From assembly GCF_964204645.1 (NCBI RefSeq), contig NC_134031.1:310001-374000 (forward strand): DNA of 64,000 nucleotides, read 5' to 3'. This document shows positions 37,901-50,746 of this stretch, piece after piece. Origin of the DNA: Tubulanus polymorphus (lineage: Eukaryota; Animalia; Nemertea). The position numbers and the translations under genes are program-made. The stretch's first letter is position 1; each line of letters starts with the position of its first letter. The notes under the pieces were generated by a model. That model had not been told where the DNA came from and did not search any database. It was given only the letters and a program-made list of their open reading frames with translations.

Positions 37901-38720
37901 ATTGTCGCCAATAGAAACCGTTGATGATTTCCGCCCAAGCTCCATTGATCTTTATTCATCATCAAAGAGCAATGTTAGCCGACTGACTGGCTGACTGGCT
38001 GACTGGCTGACTAACAAACGGGCTGGCTGGCTGGTTGGCGCGCTGGCGGGCTGACTGGCTGGCTCTCTAGCTGGAGAGCTCGCTGGCTGACTGACTGGCT
38101 GTCTGGCTAACGGGCTGACTGACTAGCTAGTTGGCTAGCTAACTGGTTGGTTGGCGTGTCCTCAGCGATCCATTAAACATATAATTGTATTTTCACTAGG
38201 ATCAAAGCTACTGGTAATTGAAAATAGTGAGTGACGATACTTTTAGACCGCTATCACCTTAAGACATCTACTACTTTCCCACACATAATCCGTTTTGGTG
38301 GCTTCCATAAAACTGTCACATCTGATTGCGATGTTAAATGTTAAACGCGATCGTATATTTTGCTTCCTTTCTCTCCCTCGACTCTCACTCGATGTCTTCA
38401 ACACCATCGTGTTGTGGTGGTTTTAGCTCGCGGGTCCGCTGTTTGTGTCCGAGCTAGTCCGGTCTTTAGATAGAGGCGGTAGAGTCTAATTGGAGTCAAA
38501 CTGGACTGAGGGGCGGAGGGGCGGAGAGGCGGGGATGCGGAGGGGAGCTTCCGAAATTCAACAAAAATATGAAAAAGGAAACATTTTGAATTTTGTTGGT
38601 TCCTACCCGAAGGGGCCGCGCCAATTTCAGATGTTGAAGATAGACATTTGATATGATTATGAAATTATACACTCAAAATGATAGAGGTGACTGTGGTCCA
38701 AAAATGAATAAAGTTGTCAT

Positions 38721-39027
<307 letters not shown>

Positions 39028-40011
39028 CTACTGACCCGCAGTCACTCAGTGGTGGTCCACGGTTGATCAGAAGTGAATCAATGTTTTGTGAGGATGAGCG
39101 TAAAATCTACTGATTTTTTATCCTCTTCTATCAATAGTTTAATTTCCGTTTTATCCACTTTCATAAATACGTTCAAATAATTAGAGGATACTCGATTATC
39201 GACTACCGTAATTTATCTAATAATTCGCGCATCGATCGAGCGCCTTTTCGCCGAAATCGCAGAATTTTACAAATGAAGAAAAACTGAAATGATTTATATT
39301 TTCGGAGATGCGGTTTTGAAATCCGAGCGACTCGAATTATTGAAATACCGTTTAGTTTATCAGACACATTACGGTAATATAGTTTTCCATCAACAGATCC
39401 TTATTATCTATAATTATCTATATTAATTAATATCTTCCCGTTAATTAACGATTAATTAACAAGAACCATACACACAGTGTTATGGTTGTTGTTTGTGTAG
39501 TTTGTTATGAGAGCTACCTCTCTCCTCTCCCTCTCTCTCTCTCGTTCAATAAAACAGCTCGCACGCTGCGTCTCAAATTGAAAAACTTTAAATTTATGTC
39601 GATGACAATTTATGAGATATTTCTAATATCAGCCTCTGGAGAGATTGCGAGCGAGTCGAACTCTGCGGCAGGTAATTCAAACTTCAAGACGGGTAAAATA
39701 ACGAATTTATCTAATAGTTTAATAGCGAGTGGTGAATAGTGACGCGGCACTGGGTTTTAACGCATTATCTCACACGATTAAAGACTCGGGTTTGAAGTTA
39801 TTCCACTGATGACTGTATGAGTTCTACTCACTGCTGCGATGGATGTCCATTTACCTCCGACTGATGGCAGGTAGAATCTAATTATTCGCGCGTTGATTAA
39901 TCACAACTTTATTGAAACCTAACCGAGGGATGTCTTTCATTCAATGAATCGCTTGCTTTCAGGCGCTGAAATTCATCGCTTCATCGAGATCAACCATTAT
40001 GGGAATGCTGT

Positions 40012-40602
40012 AGGAGCAGCTAGGAGTTACTACTCCTCCGAGCTCAGCAGGAGCAGGTAGGAGTTACTACTCCTCTGAGCTCAGCAGAAGCAGGTAGGAG
40101 TTACTACTCCTCCGAGCTCAGCAGGAGCAGCTAGGAGTTACTACTCCTCCGAGCTCAGCAGGAGCAGCTAGGAGTTACTACTCCTCCGAGCTCAGCAGAA
40201 GCAGGTAGGAGTTACTACTCCTCCGAGCTCAGCAGGAGCAGGTAGGAGTTACTACTCCTCTGAACTCAGCAGGAGCAGGTAGGAGTTACTACTCCTCTGA
40301 ACTCAGCAGGAGCAGGTAGGAGTTACTACTCCTCTGAGCTCAGTAGGAGCAGCTAGGAGTTACTACTCCTCCGAGATCAGCAGGAGCAGCTAGGAGTTAC
40401 TACTCCTCTGAGCTCAGCAGGAGCAGCTAGGAGTTACTACTCCTCTGAACTCAGCAGGAGCAGGTAGGAGTTACTACTCCTCTGAACTCAGCAGGAGCAG
40501 GTAGGAGTTACTACTCCTCTGAGCTCAGTAGGAGCAGCTAGGAGTTACTACTCCTCCGAGATCAGCAGGAGCAGCTAGGAGTTACTACTCCTCTGAGCTC
40601 AG
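40012..40602. repeat. 37-bp minisatellite x~16
   Basis: GGAGCAGSTAGGAGTTACTACTCCTCYGAGCTCAGCA. Confidence 0.95.
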
Positions 40603-41147
40603 TCTGTCTCTTAATTTTCACTACTACAATTCAATATGATAAAAATCGTATTAATTTCTATCGTTCGTTTGGTCTGGTTGCTGCTGCTGCTGCTGCTGCG
40701 GCTGAAGTGAATTTATTGATAATCTCAAAACCCTCGTGTCAGATGAGAATGAAACCGCGGTGAGAATGATATTGAGATATCGAGTGAAATATAGAAACAG
40801 GTGATATGGAAAGTCCGCAATGATTCCCCCGGGGGTCGGGTAAAAACTCGTCACAGGTCGCAATTAAACTGGCGTCTAATTGAAAATAGAAACTGATAAT
40901 AAACAGCAATGAGAGACGGGTTAAATTATACCCGGGGGGATGTGGGGAGCATTCTCCGGGGGGATGTCGAGTCAAGCAGGACAATAGAATATTCAATAAT
41001 CATAGATCACCGTCTCACGTTATTAGCTATAGACTCGGTGAGTGAGGACTCCTCGTAATAAACACCATACACTACTTCATCTACAATTACATCGAAATAT
41101 TGATAATTACAGGTAAAATCAGCCTTAAACTTAAACCTAATCTCCGT

Positions 41148-41268
41148 GTCAGTCAAGTGCGCGGTGGTCAGTCAGGTGCGCGGTGGTCAGTCAGGTGCGC
41201 GGTGACTGATCAGTCAGGTGTGCGGTAACTGATCAGTCAGGTGTACGGTGGTCAACCAGGTGTGCGGT
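41148..41268. repeat. Degenerate GTCAGTCAGGTGYGCGGT array related to the SINE-linked 24-mer
   Basis: About 6 copies sharing CAGTCAGGTG. Confidence 0.6.
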
Positions 41269-43004
41269 TTTCTTGTGCCCCCAGAATTTTGTCTGTGTAT
41301 TTAAACGAGACCAGTGTGAGTACAGTATACTGCCAGTCTATGCATCATTTCAATTTGTGATCATTAGAGAGTTTTTGAGGCTTCATTTGTCTCTAGAAGT
41401 GGTCGGGTTACATCTGACGAGCATGTGACGAGCGCGAGGCATTCACCCGCGGATTACATCGGATGAATCTACTTACTAACCGAGAACCCGCGTACCGAGT
41501 CCGATTCCGACAACCGCGATTTTAATAAATCGACTTCCGGTAATACGAAGAAGAGAAGATTGAAATCAAATATTTGAAAAGAGATTTTGAATTGTTAGAA
41601 AAAGTACTTCTGAGATATTCTGACATTATCTAATATTGAAAGAAGGGAGAGGGGAGAGGAGGAGAGGAGAGAGGATAGAGAGGAAAGAAGTACGCGGAGA
41701 AGGGGGTCTATGCGCTACTTCATTAAGATTAGTACCTGCGGAATTCGGTGTGAAAGGGTTAATGATATCTGTAGCCTCCTCCATCTCCTCCTTCTCTGAA
41801 TATCCTCTCGTCGATGATTCTCAGAAAAATCAATCAGCTTGAAATGAAACCCGGTTGATGTCGGAGGATGGAGTCACCTTGCATCTTCCCTGTCACAATG
41901 CCCAGCATCAATAGTTACAGGAAGCCGTATAGAGGACTGCACAGCGAGCGCGCGGTACTCAGTTAGTCTCTATTGGTTATACCCTACACTGTGTGAACTT
42001 GTCAGATTTCAGCGGTTAAATTGAAATCTCACGCGGTTCCTCGAAACAGTTTCCAGACTGGATCTCGCGCTTACGTCATTCGAACACTGAGAATTCACTA
42101 CTATTATTCTTATACTTTATCTATTACAGTTTCGTTGAATTTCTGTCGATTGATATTTAACCTGAATGCACTTGAAATTATCGCGAATCTACCGAGAATC
42201 TTCCGAGAATTCGGTTTCTCTGGAAAATAATTCAAACTTCAGCAACTTGAGAAATATACTGTTTGAATCCTTGTAAATGCAGAGATTTCGAAAAGTTTAT
42301 GATGAATCCTCGAGAAGAAACGTTAAGATCAATAAACCCAGATATCAGATTCAAGCAAACATTTGAGGTAAGTTGCATACGAGTTGTATAGGTTGATTCG
42401 TTCCAACTCATTACGCCACCTATCGACCATCGACCAACCCTTACCTTGTATCCGTAATAAGATATTTTTATTGACCAAAATCTAAAAACGTTACACTCGG
42501 TCGTGTCTGAACTCGAGGTAGAATTCTATCAGTCTCTGAATCGAGGTATTTAGAGGCTAATGTAATAAGCGCATTTTATATCATTCAAAATCTCTTATAA
42601 TCGACGGTTTTTATATTCACGACGCCGTTTGTCATTTTATCGATAAATCTTTTCCTTAAAAACAAAACCCGATCGAAATCGTCTGCTTCGCGTAATCCGC
42701 TCTTCTCTGGGCGGAAGATCGCAAAGAATAAACCACTGAATAATTATCTTGTCACTAATCCGGATTAAATGCGTCTCTGATGGATTAGTATAACAACAAC
42801 ACGATGATGATGATGTTTACAGAAAGGTTGATGGATTGATATAAACTCTCACAGCGGATTTATCCCCCTTTCCTCTCTCTCAGTCTAACCCGTCACTGTG
42901 TATCACTAATTCTTTAGAACGCTTACGGGAATTTGTCAAATTTCTGATTATGTTTGATGCATTTATTGTCTCTGATCCGTGCAAAGAAGAGAGAAGGAGA
43001 GAGA

Positions 43005-43039
<35 letters not shown>

Positions 43040-44144
43040 GGAGGGGAGAGAAGAGAGAAAGAGCCGTCTATATTATTGATGTGTTGGGCAAAGCAGGAAT
43101 GCACCTCGCTATCTGGTGACAGATTCTTTTTAAACCACGTAAATTCAGTGATAATTTATAGAAATATCATGTTATTTGATTTCAAAGTAGTAGATGTTGA
43201 ATGCGAAAGGGGTTTTAAGGACTAAAGAATAAGATACAGATTGGGCCGGGATGCACGATAAATGATGAGGACCTTGACTGAAGCTAAGATCGACTTGACC
43301 AACTAGCGGGAGGGTTGAGGTAAGGATCCTAAGGACCCCGAGGCTAGATGTCTCTGGTATCGATTTGACTGCGGGATGCTGGGATGGATGGATGCATCAG
43401 TCCGGGATGCGGCGGATAGATGAGAGAGACGATGATGCTGATGATGAAGTTAATTTAACCCCTGTAGATAATAAAGCGGCGCAGACGACAGCTACTGATC
43501 GATCAATCATTGAGTGAGTGTTAATAAAGTAAGCGGCGGTCAGTCAGACTAATAATACCACTCATCAAATATCTATTTATCTGATCATCATACACTGACA
43601 GTAAGCTGTTAGTCTGACCACCTTCCGCCCCTTCTGCGCGCCCTCCTACACGCCCTCACGCCACTAACTAAAACCCACCAGAATCATGACACATTATTGT
43701 CCGTTTATAACCGATCGTAAAGTAAAGATGTTTGGATAAAGAGGATGAGGGGGGATTGACTACAGCAGCTGCCCGGAGGCTGTACGAGTCCAGCGAACAA
43801 AACATTCACTAGAATTAGCGGATTTAAGATAATCACCAATAGCGACTGATTAATGTAATAGTTGAATTGTTGATCGTGTTACTATGGTTTTGCTTATTTC
43901 TGATCACAGATCACAGAAATGACGTGTTTCTATGATGATAAATAACGGTATTGATTTTTGACCGCCGCAGTAACTGGTTCCAATCGATACAACTCTCTCT
44001 CTCTCTGTTTATAAGAGACGCCACAAAAAGACACGTGTGTTTCATAAGACTTCCTGTATGGCGCACTTTCTCGATCACACAAACCATCAGGCCATCAACA
44101 ACTTAAACACTGTTTTATCCATTAAACTAACACCTCAGTTCGGC

Positions 44145-44487
44145 TGTGGCAAGCGAGGTGCCATGGGGTGTCGCTAGTGTGCAGTAGGACATCGACTACT
44201 GCGGTAATAGAGGATTCCACTTGTGGCAAGTTAGGATCCACCAGGTGTCACTTGTGTGAAGAAGGACAATGACTACTGCGGCAATAGGGGATTTCACTTG
44301 TGGCAAGTGAGGATCCACCAGGTGTCACTTGTGTGAAGAAGGACAATGACTACTGTGGCAATAGAGGATTCCACTTGTGGCAAGTGAGGATCCACCAGGT
44401 GTCACTTGTGTGAAGAAGGACAATGACTACTGTGGCAATAGGGGATTTCACTTGTGGCAAGTGAGGATCTGCTGGTGTCGCTAGTGT
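44145..44487. repeat. 77-bp minisatellite x~4
   Basis: GACTACT recurs at 44194, 44271, 44348 and 44425. Confidence 0.9.
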
Positions 44488-45137
44488 ACACACTAGCGTG
44501 GCCTAAAATGTAGAGACAAGTTAATTGAAAATAAACTCAATATCTTGATTGCGTTGATGTGCTATTGTTCGGGTTCGAATCCCAAATATTCCACTAAATT
44601 GAAACACGAATACATGAACATAATAGGATTGAAACCCACAATATACAAGATCAAATGTTAAAATCAAGAATTAACAATTAAAAGCAAGTGGAACTCTCTC
44701 TCTAGGAGCCCATCATCAGTGTGAATGTGAGAATATATCGAAAACGTCAGATGAAAAACGATGAATTAAATGAATATGGCCTGAGAAATGGTCGCGTGTG
44801 ATTTTATGGGTTCAGACACATCGCGCCTTACATAGTCATAAATAAATTGTAAAACAAGAGCAGCGACGCGCGCTGAAACGACGATCGAGAGACTGTGGCG
44901 CTTACAGCATCGCTTTTAACAAAGGCATAAAAAACAACATCAAAGGAGGGGTCATTTACAGTGATATATCTCGTGTTGAGAATAATGGACGTAGAAATAT
45001 GCGGGAAGCGATTCAGGAAAAACTCCGTGAAAAACGAGCAACATTTGATAAAAGAGTCGCGAAGAAACCGTCAACAGCCACAGAACATTGTAACATCAGT
45101 GCGCTGTTCTTTAGCCGGTACTCTCTGCGCGTCATTT

Positions 45138-45181
<44 letters not shown>

Positions 45182-46942
45182 GCCGAGACTGGGCGTGGTT
45201 GACAATTTTTTGAATCAATTTTAACAATTTACAAGGAAATTAACTTAAGATTTTCGGAGGATAAATTCCACACTACATTTATATTATATAGTCGCTGTGT
45301 GCTCAGGTTTGAATCCACATCCACTGATGAGCTATTCGATGTGCTCTGTAGCTGCTGCTGCTGCTGCTGCTGCTACTTGAAGAGTTTATTATTTATGGTT
45401 AAATTAATAAGAGCCTCGCCCTGGAATAATCGTCAGTGAACAGGTGACGAGGGTTGTCTGCTAATCGAGTCAACTTCAGCTGATTCCCCGCTAGACTGCG
45501 CCACCAGTCATCTGGAACTAAGTCAATTTTCTTCAATTCACGACGGATTTTTTTTGTTCTAGATCCATCGACGTTTGTATGTCTTCGGAAATCTGACAAA
45601 TCTCAGCAGCAGCGGCAGTAGCAGCGGCGGCACCAGAGAGGGGAGATGGCAAACGGTGTTTTAGATTATTCGGTATCTTACGCTTGGTCGCCGTGTTGAT
45701 TGTTCAGAATATCAGTTCGGCTGAGATTGAGCGTTCGCGACACTTTCTCGTAAACCCTATGGGTATCGATGAAATTGACGGTACAACCCCCGCGGACCGA
45801 ACGCTTCAGTGAACGTGAAAACTGCTGTTACAATCTCTGTCGCAGTGTCACAACGCATATCAATACGGGCAGCAGAGTGAATACCCAGTGCACCGTCGCT
45901 CGATGTGAATACTGAACAAAAATGTGTCAACTCATTTAGATGATCGGAGAGGAGAGTTAAAGAACCGAGATGGTTCACGATCTAATTAAATTAACTGAGA
46001 ACCTCGAGGGATACGACCAGCTCAATGCCCTGTCACTTGTGTTGTCAATATATCATAACTTTATTACTTCACCGCTTAATGTAAACCTTCTTATCTTATA
46101 AGCGCCTCGTTCGACTCACTGCAACTCGCTGACAACTCGCTGAAAACTCACTGCAACTCACTACGGCTCGCTGCAACTTACAACGACTCGTGCGACTCAC
46201 TGCTTCTCACTGTGACTCGCTGTCACTCACCACGGCTCGCTACAACTCACTGTAAACTCGCTGCAACTTACAACGGCTCATGCGACTCACTCGTTCGCAC
46301 GATTAAATGCTGCTCGCTGCAATTTATTGCGACTCGCTGCAACTCGATGGCCTAAAGAACTAAAATGAACTGAAACTAGTCTTAAATCGACACACGAGCT
46401 GTATATAGATGTATGATTCAAACTTGGATGGTACAAATGGAACCGGGTCCAAAGGGCCGGTTTCATATAAACATTATTTCACGTGACCAATTTATCGTTC
46501 AAATGACTGAAATGCTGAGCTGTTCCCTGAAGGAAGCAGTTTAACCCCCCATGAAGAATATTATAAGAAAATGAGATTTTCACGTTAAATTATCGCATTG
46601 TCGATTAATTATATTCGCTGGCATTTGAAATAAGTCGTGGTTGCTGCTGCTGCTGCTGCTGCGGGCGGCCGGTGATGATGATGTTTACAGATTATTAGAT
46701 GGTTTACGGTAGATGAGATGGATTCACATTGCCCACAGCAGTTCTCCGTCAGTTTCACCAACATCACGCGATTGAAAGTTAATTAATTTACAATATTTCA
46801 AGTTGACAATAAGCCACCACCACAAACTTATCAATAATCACTCGTCACACTGAACGAGAGCGAGAGAGAGAGAGCACCAGTCTGTATAGACACAATACAA
46901 CTCTTGTTTTACATATCAACCAAATGCTTTATAAGATTCATC

Positions 46943-47131
46943 GGACCCTGTATCAGGGGTAGGGACCCTGTATCGGGGGTAGGGACCCTGTATCAGGGGT
47001 AGGGACCCTGTATCAGGGGTAGGGACCCTGTATCGGGGGTAGGGACCCTGTATCAGGGGTAGGGACCCTGTATCAGGGGTAGGGACCCTGTACCGGGGGT
47101 AGGGACTCGGTATCGGGGGTAGAGACCCTGA
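46943..47131. repeat. 20-bp minisatellite (GGGACCCTGTATCRGGGGTA)x~9
   Basis: Direct reading. Confidence 0.95.
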
Positions 47132-47251
47132 TAAGGACCGTTGCAGGGTGACAAAAATAACTACACACATTACTTTACATTCTACTTGAATTCAAATACA
47201 TTTATTTCGGATAGAATAGAATAAACTATTTCAGCAAATATTTCATCTAAA

Positions 47252-47898
47252 CAGTTAAACAGTTATCTCTGAGTTAAACAGTTATCTCTGAGTTAAACAG
47301 ATATATCTGAGTTAAACAGTTATCTCTGAGTTAAACAGTTATCTCTGAGTTAAACAGTTATCTCTGAGTTAAACAGTTATCTCTGAGTTAAACAGATATA
47401 TCTGAGTTAAACAGTTATCTCTGAGTTAAACAGTTATCTCTGAGTTAAACAGTTATCTCTGAGTTAAACAGTTATCTCTGAGTTAAACAGATATATCTGA
47501 GTTAAACAGTTATCTCTGAGTTAAACAGTTATCTCTGAGTTAAACAGATATATCTGAGTTAAACAGTTATCTCTGAGTTAAACAGTTATCTCTGAGTTAA
47601 ACAGTTATCTCTGAGTTAAACAGATATATCTGAGTTAAACAGTTATCTCTGAGTTAAACAGTTATCTCTGAGTTAAACAGTTATCTCTGAGTTAAACAGT
47701 TATCTCTGAGTTAAACAGATATATCTGAGTTAAACAGTTATCTCTGAGTTAAACAGTTATCTCTGAGTTAAACAGATATATCTGAGTTAAACAGTTATCT
47801 CTGAGTTAAACAGTTATCTCTGAGTTAAACAGTTATCTCTGAGTTAAAAAGTTATCTCTCAGTTAAACAGTTATCTCTCAGTTAAACAGTTATCTCTC
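47252..47898. repeat. 19-bp minisatellite (GAGTTAAACAGTTATCTCT)x~34
   Basis: Two unit variants (GTTATCTCT / GATATATCT). Confidence 0.97.
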
Positions 47899-49589
47899 AA
47901 ATAGAGAATAAAAAACGATCACAAAAAATGAATCGAATCCGATTTGTACAATATTGAAATAACACAATCGAGAAGTTCTGATCGATGGAGAAGAGAGAAA
48001 GAGAGAAAGAGAGAGAGGGAGAGAGAGAGCGTCAGTTTGTCAGTCAGACTTGTGTTTTCTATGCATTCTCCAAACAGTAAGAAACATCTGCGACATCACA
48101 CCGCGGTAGAAACCTTTATCTATCAATATATAGAGTTTAACAGGCGACAATTCACAGCTAATTTTTATTCAAATGTTTGAGTTGATTAAACTCATCAACC
48201 TCAATCACTACATGTGTTACGCGTAGCACAAATCATTTGTACGTTTTTATCCTTTGTAAATAGAAATCTGAAAATTCGTTGTCAAATTCTGCACATATGG
48301 TGTTGATATATAAACCTAGCTGTGTCTGGCCCAGACACCAAGTGTTGTCAACTCGTTTATGGGAAGCATGAATACAATTAGACAATTAGACTTGCTTTTT
48401 TAAACCTGTTTTTTCAGATATCAAATTCAATGGTAGTAATTAATTTTATATATTTCATACGGACTGAAATTTCATTATGTCACCAAAATTTTGATAATTA
48501 CTGAAAATTCGATAATTCTAAAGGGAGGTGAGAAAGGGAGTGGGAGAGAGAGAGGGGAGAGAGGGGAGAGGGGAGTGGGAGAGAGGGGTGAGAGAGGGAG
48601 TGATAGAGAGGGAGTGGGAGAAATCGATGGAGAGGGGGAGAGAGGGATTGGGAGAGAGAGAGAGAGAGGGAGAGAGGGAGAGAGTGGGAGGTGACAGAGA
48701 CCCATGTGTCAATACCTTTCCTCCAGAAAGAAGTGACTAGACTCGGTCTATATAACCATTCCAATACCATAACGCAGACACTAGGCTGCTCAATAACAGA
48801 AGACATGATCCAGGAGAAGAGGAGAGGGAGATGGAAGAAGAAAGAAGAGAGAAGAGAGAAGAGAAGAGAGAAGAGAGAAGAGAGAAGAGAGAGAAGAGAG
48901 AAGAGAGAAGAGAGAAGAGAGAAGAGAGAAGAGAGAGATCCCTGACGCGCAGTTTGAGCGACTGCTCAATAACAGGAGACAGAGACTGAGAATCGTTATG
49001 AATTCAGCTGAAATGAAGTGTAAAAACGGGGGATACGGGGGGCGGACGGGGGATATGGGGGGCGGACGGGGGGTACGGGGGGCGGACGGGGGGTACGGGG
49101 GTGGACGCGTTGTGGCTGGTGTCTCTATATGAAGATGTTGACTGACTGTAGAGGCATTCTACTCACAGAGAGAGAGAGAGAGAGACAGATTTATTAAAAC
49201 TGATCTCCCGTCGATTCTATCGATGCGTGAATGACACACACCGCTTTATATTGAATTAGTGTCACCAGTTACAGAGAGATACATTTCACCAGCACATGTC
49301 TCCCAATTAACTAAACTCCTACCACTGATCACATTTATATTAACTATGATCTCCAACACGCGCGCGATTAACTCTGCTCGATTCTCTCTATCTCTGGCGC
49401 CGCCAATGATTATAATCCGTCTGTATGTGTGGTGACGAGGGAATTAAATTAATTTCGATTGAATACCAATACATACCATTGATTTGAATTGGATTGCACT
49501 TTTTTGAATATCTTAAGTTCGACGTCATTTTAATTGTCAGAATATTCAGCGCTGTGAATGAAATGGAATCAAATCTATAGCAAGTGTGA

Positions 49590-50018
49590 CGGCCGGATGT
49601 TGAGGGCGCCCTCTATAGACCCCGATGTAGTGATGGTCAAAAGGGGTCGCTCGATACAGACCCCCAGTATTTCAATGTTTCTGGTAGTCAATAGGAGTCG
49701 CCTCAATAGTTTATTGATTGATATGCATGGTTTTCTATATCCTCATACAATTGATATTGTCAGGATGAATTAATTTATCTGATTTTATGTTAATGTTTCT
49801 GATGGTCAATAGGGGTCGCTCGATATAGACCCCGGTAAATACATCAATGTTTCTGATGGTCAATAGGGGTCGCTCGATATAGACCCCGGTATAGACATCA
49901 ATGTTTGTAATGACCAATAGAGGTCACTTGATACAGACCCGGGTTTACATCAATGTTTGTGATGATCACTAGGGGTCGGTCGATATAGACCCATGTTTGT
50001 GATGACCAATAGAGGTCG
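49590..50018. repeat. Degenerate ~55-bp repeat
   Basis: CATCAATGTTTCTGATGGTCAATAGGGGTCGCTCGATATAGACCCC recurs; internal GGGGTC..GACCCC hairpin. Confidence 0.75.
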
Positions 50019-50680
50019 CGTATATCGCATGTCGTGCAGTTTACTCATAACACAATTACTAATTTCCTTCGGTCAACAGCTCAAAAATCGGATAAGCGGA
50101 AAACACGGTTAACTGCGGCTATCTGTTGCGGCGATATGATTATAAATATCGCGTTGACAAGATAATTAAAGATATAAGACTGAAAATACCGTCGAGTCGT
50201 CAGTGCTTGTCTATAGTTACTGTTAGCTTTAGCCCCATCTATCTTAGCAAGAGGTAAACTCAATGACAGTGTAACCCGTAGTGATAGAATATTAATTCTA
50301 ACGCTATCTCCGCGGTGATGGCGGTGACGACGGTGACGGCCGCCATTAAGTGTGAGAACTAAAAGGCCTCCGAACAGACGTTGAGCGTCTAAAATTACAA
50401 GCCGATAATATCATCCATTAAAAGCTTGGTAAATATTACAATCGGGAATGAGACCTAGTTCTTTAGTCACCGGTTCAAACTCTTCACCGTTATAGATCAT
50501 CGTGATGCAGCTCTGCTGAACCTACGTATCTAATCCACACGATACATGTATCTATCCACACGATACGTATCCATCCACATCTATTCATCCACATAATATC
50601 AAAAATATGTATTTTTGATGATATCAATCTATCGACAGATCTTAGATTGACAAACTACGAAAGTTTCTAATGTCCGATGT

Positions 50681-50746
50681 AGATAAGATAGATAAGATAG
50701 ATAATTTTATTACTCTCCAACCATTTCCATGGTACGTGGAGGAACG
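50681..50746 (-). mobile_element. 3' end of a non-LTR retroelement (stem-loop, AATAAA, microsatellite tail)
   Basis: Minus strand CTCCA-cgt-ACCAT-GGAA-ATGGT-TGGAG hairpin, then AATAAA, then a (TTATCTATC)n tail. Confidence 0.5.

Noticed and set aside
40012-40602. CRISPR-like array (37-bp palindromic repeats)
   Set aside because: Units are head-to-tail with no unique spacers, there are no cas genes, and the context is eukaryotic.
41735-41840. Possible minus-strand exon (tttcaag|...CCGCAG|gtacta; MEEATDIINPFTPNSA)
   Set aside because: No similarity to the Prdm3/16 N-terminus, phase incompatible with the 27535 acceptor, and it overlaps a piggyBac-like end.
44571-44583. Isolated B box GGGTTCGAATCCC
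   Set aside because: No A box or cloverleaf nearby; at most a SINE fragment.
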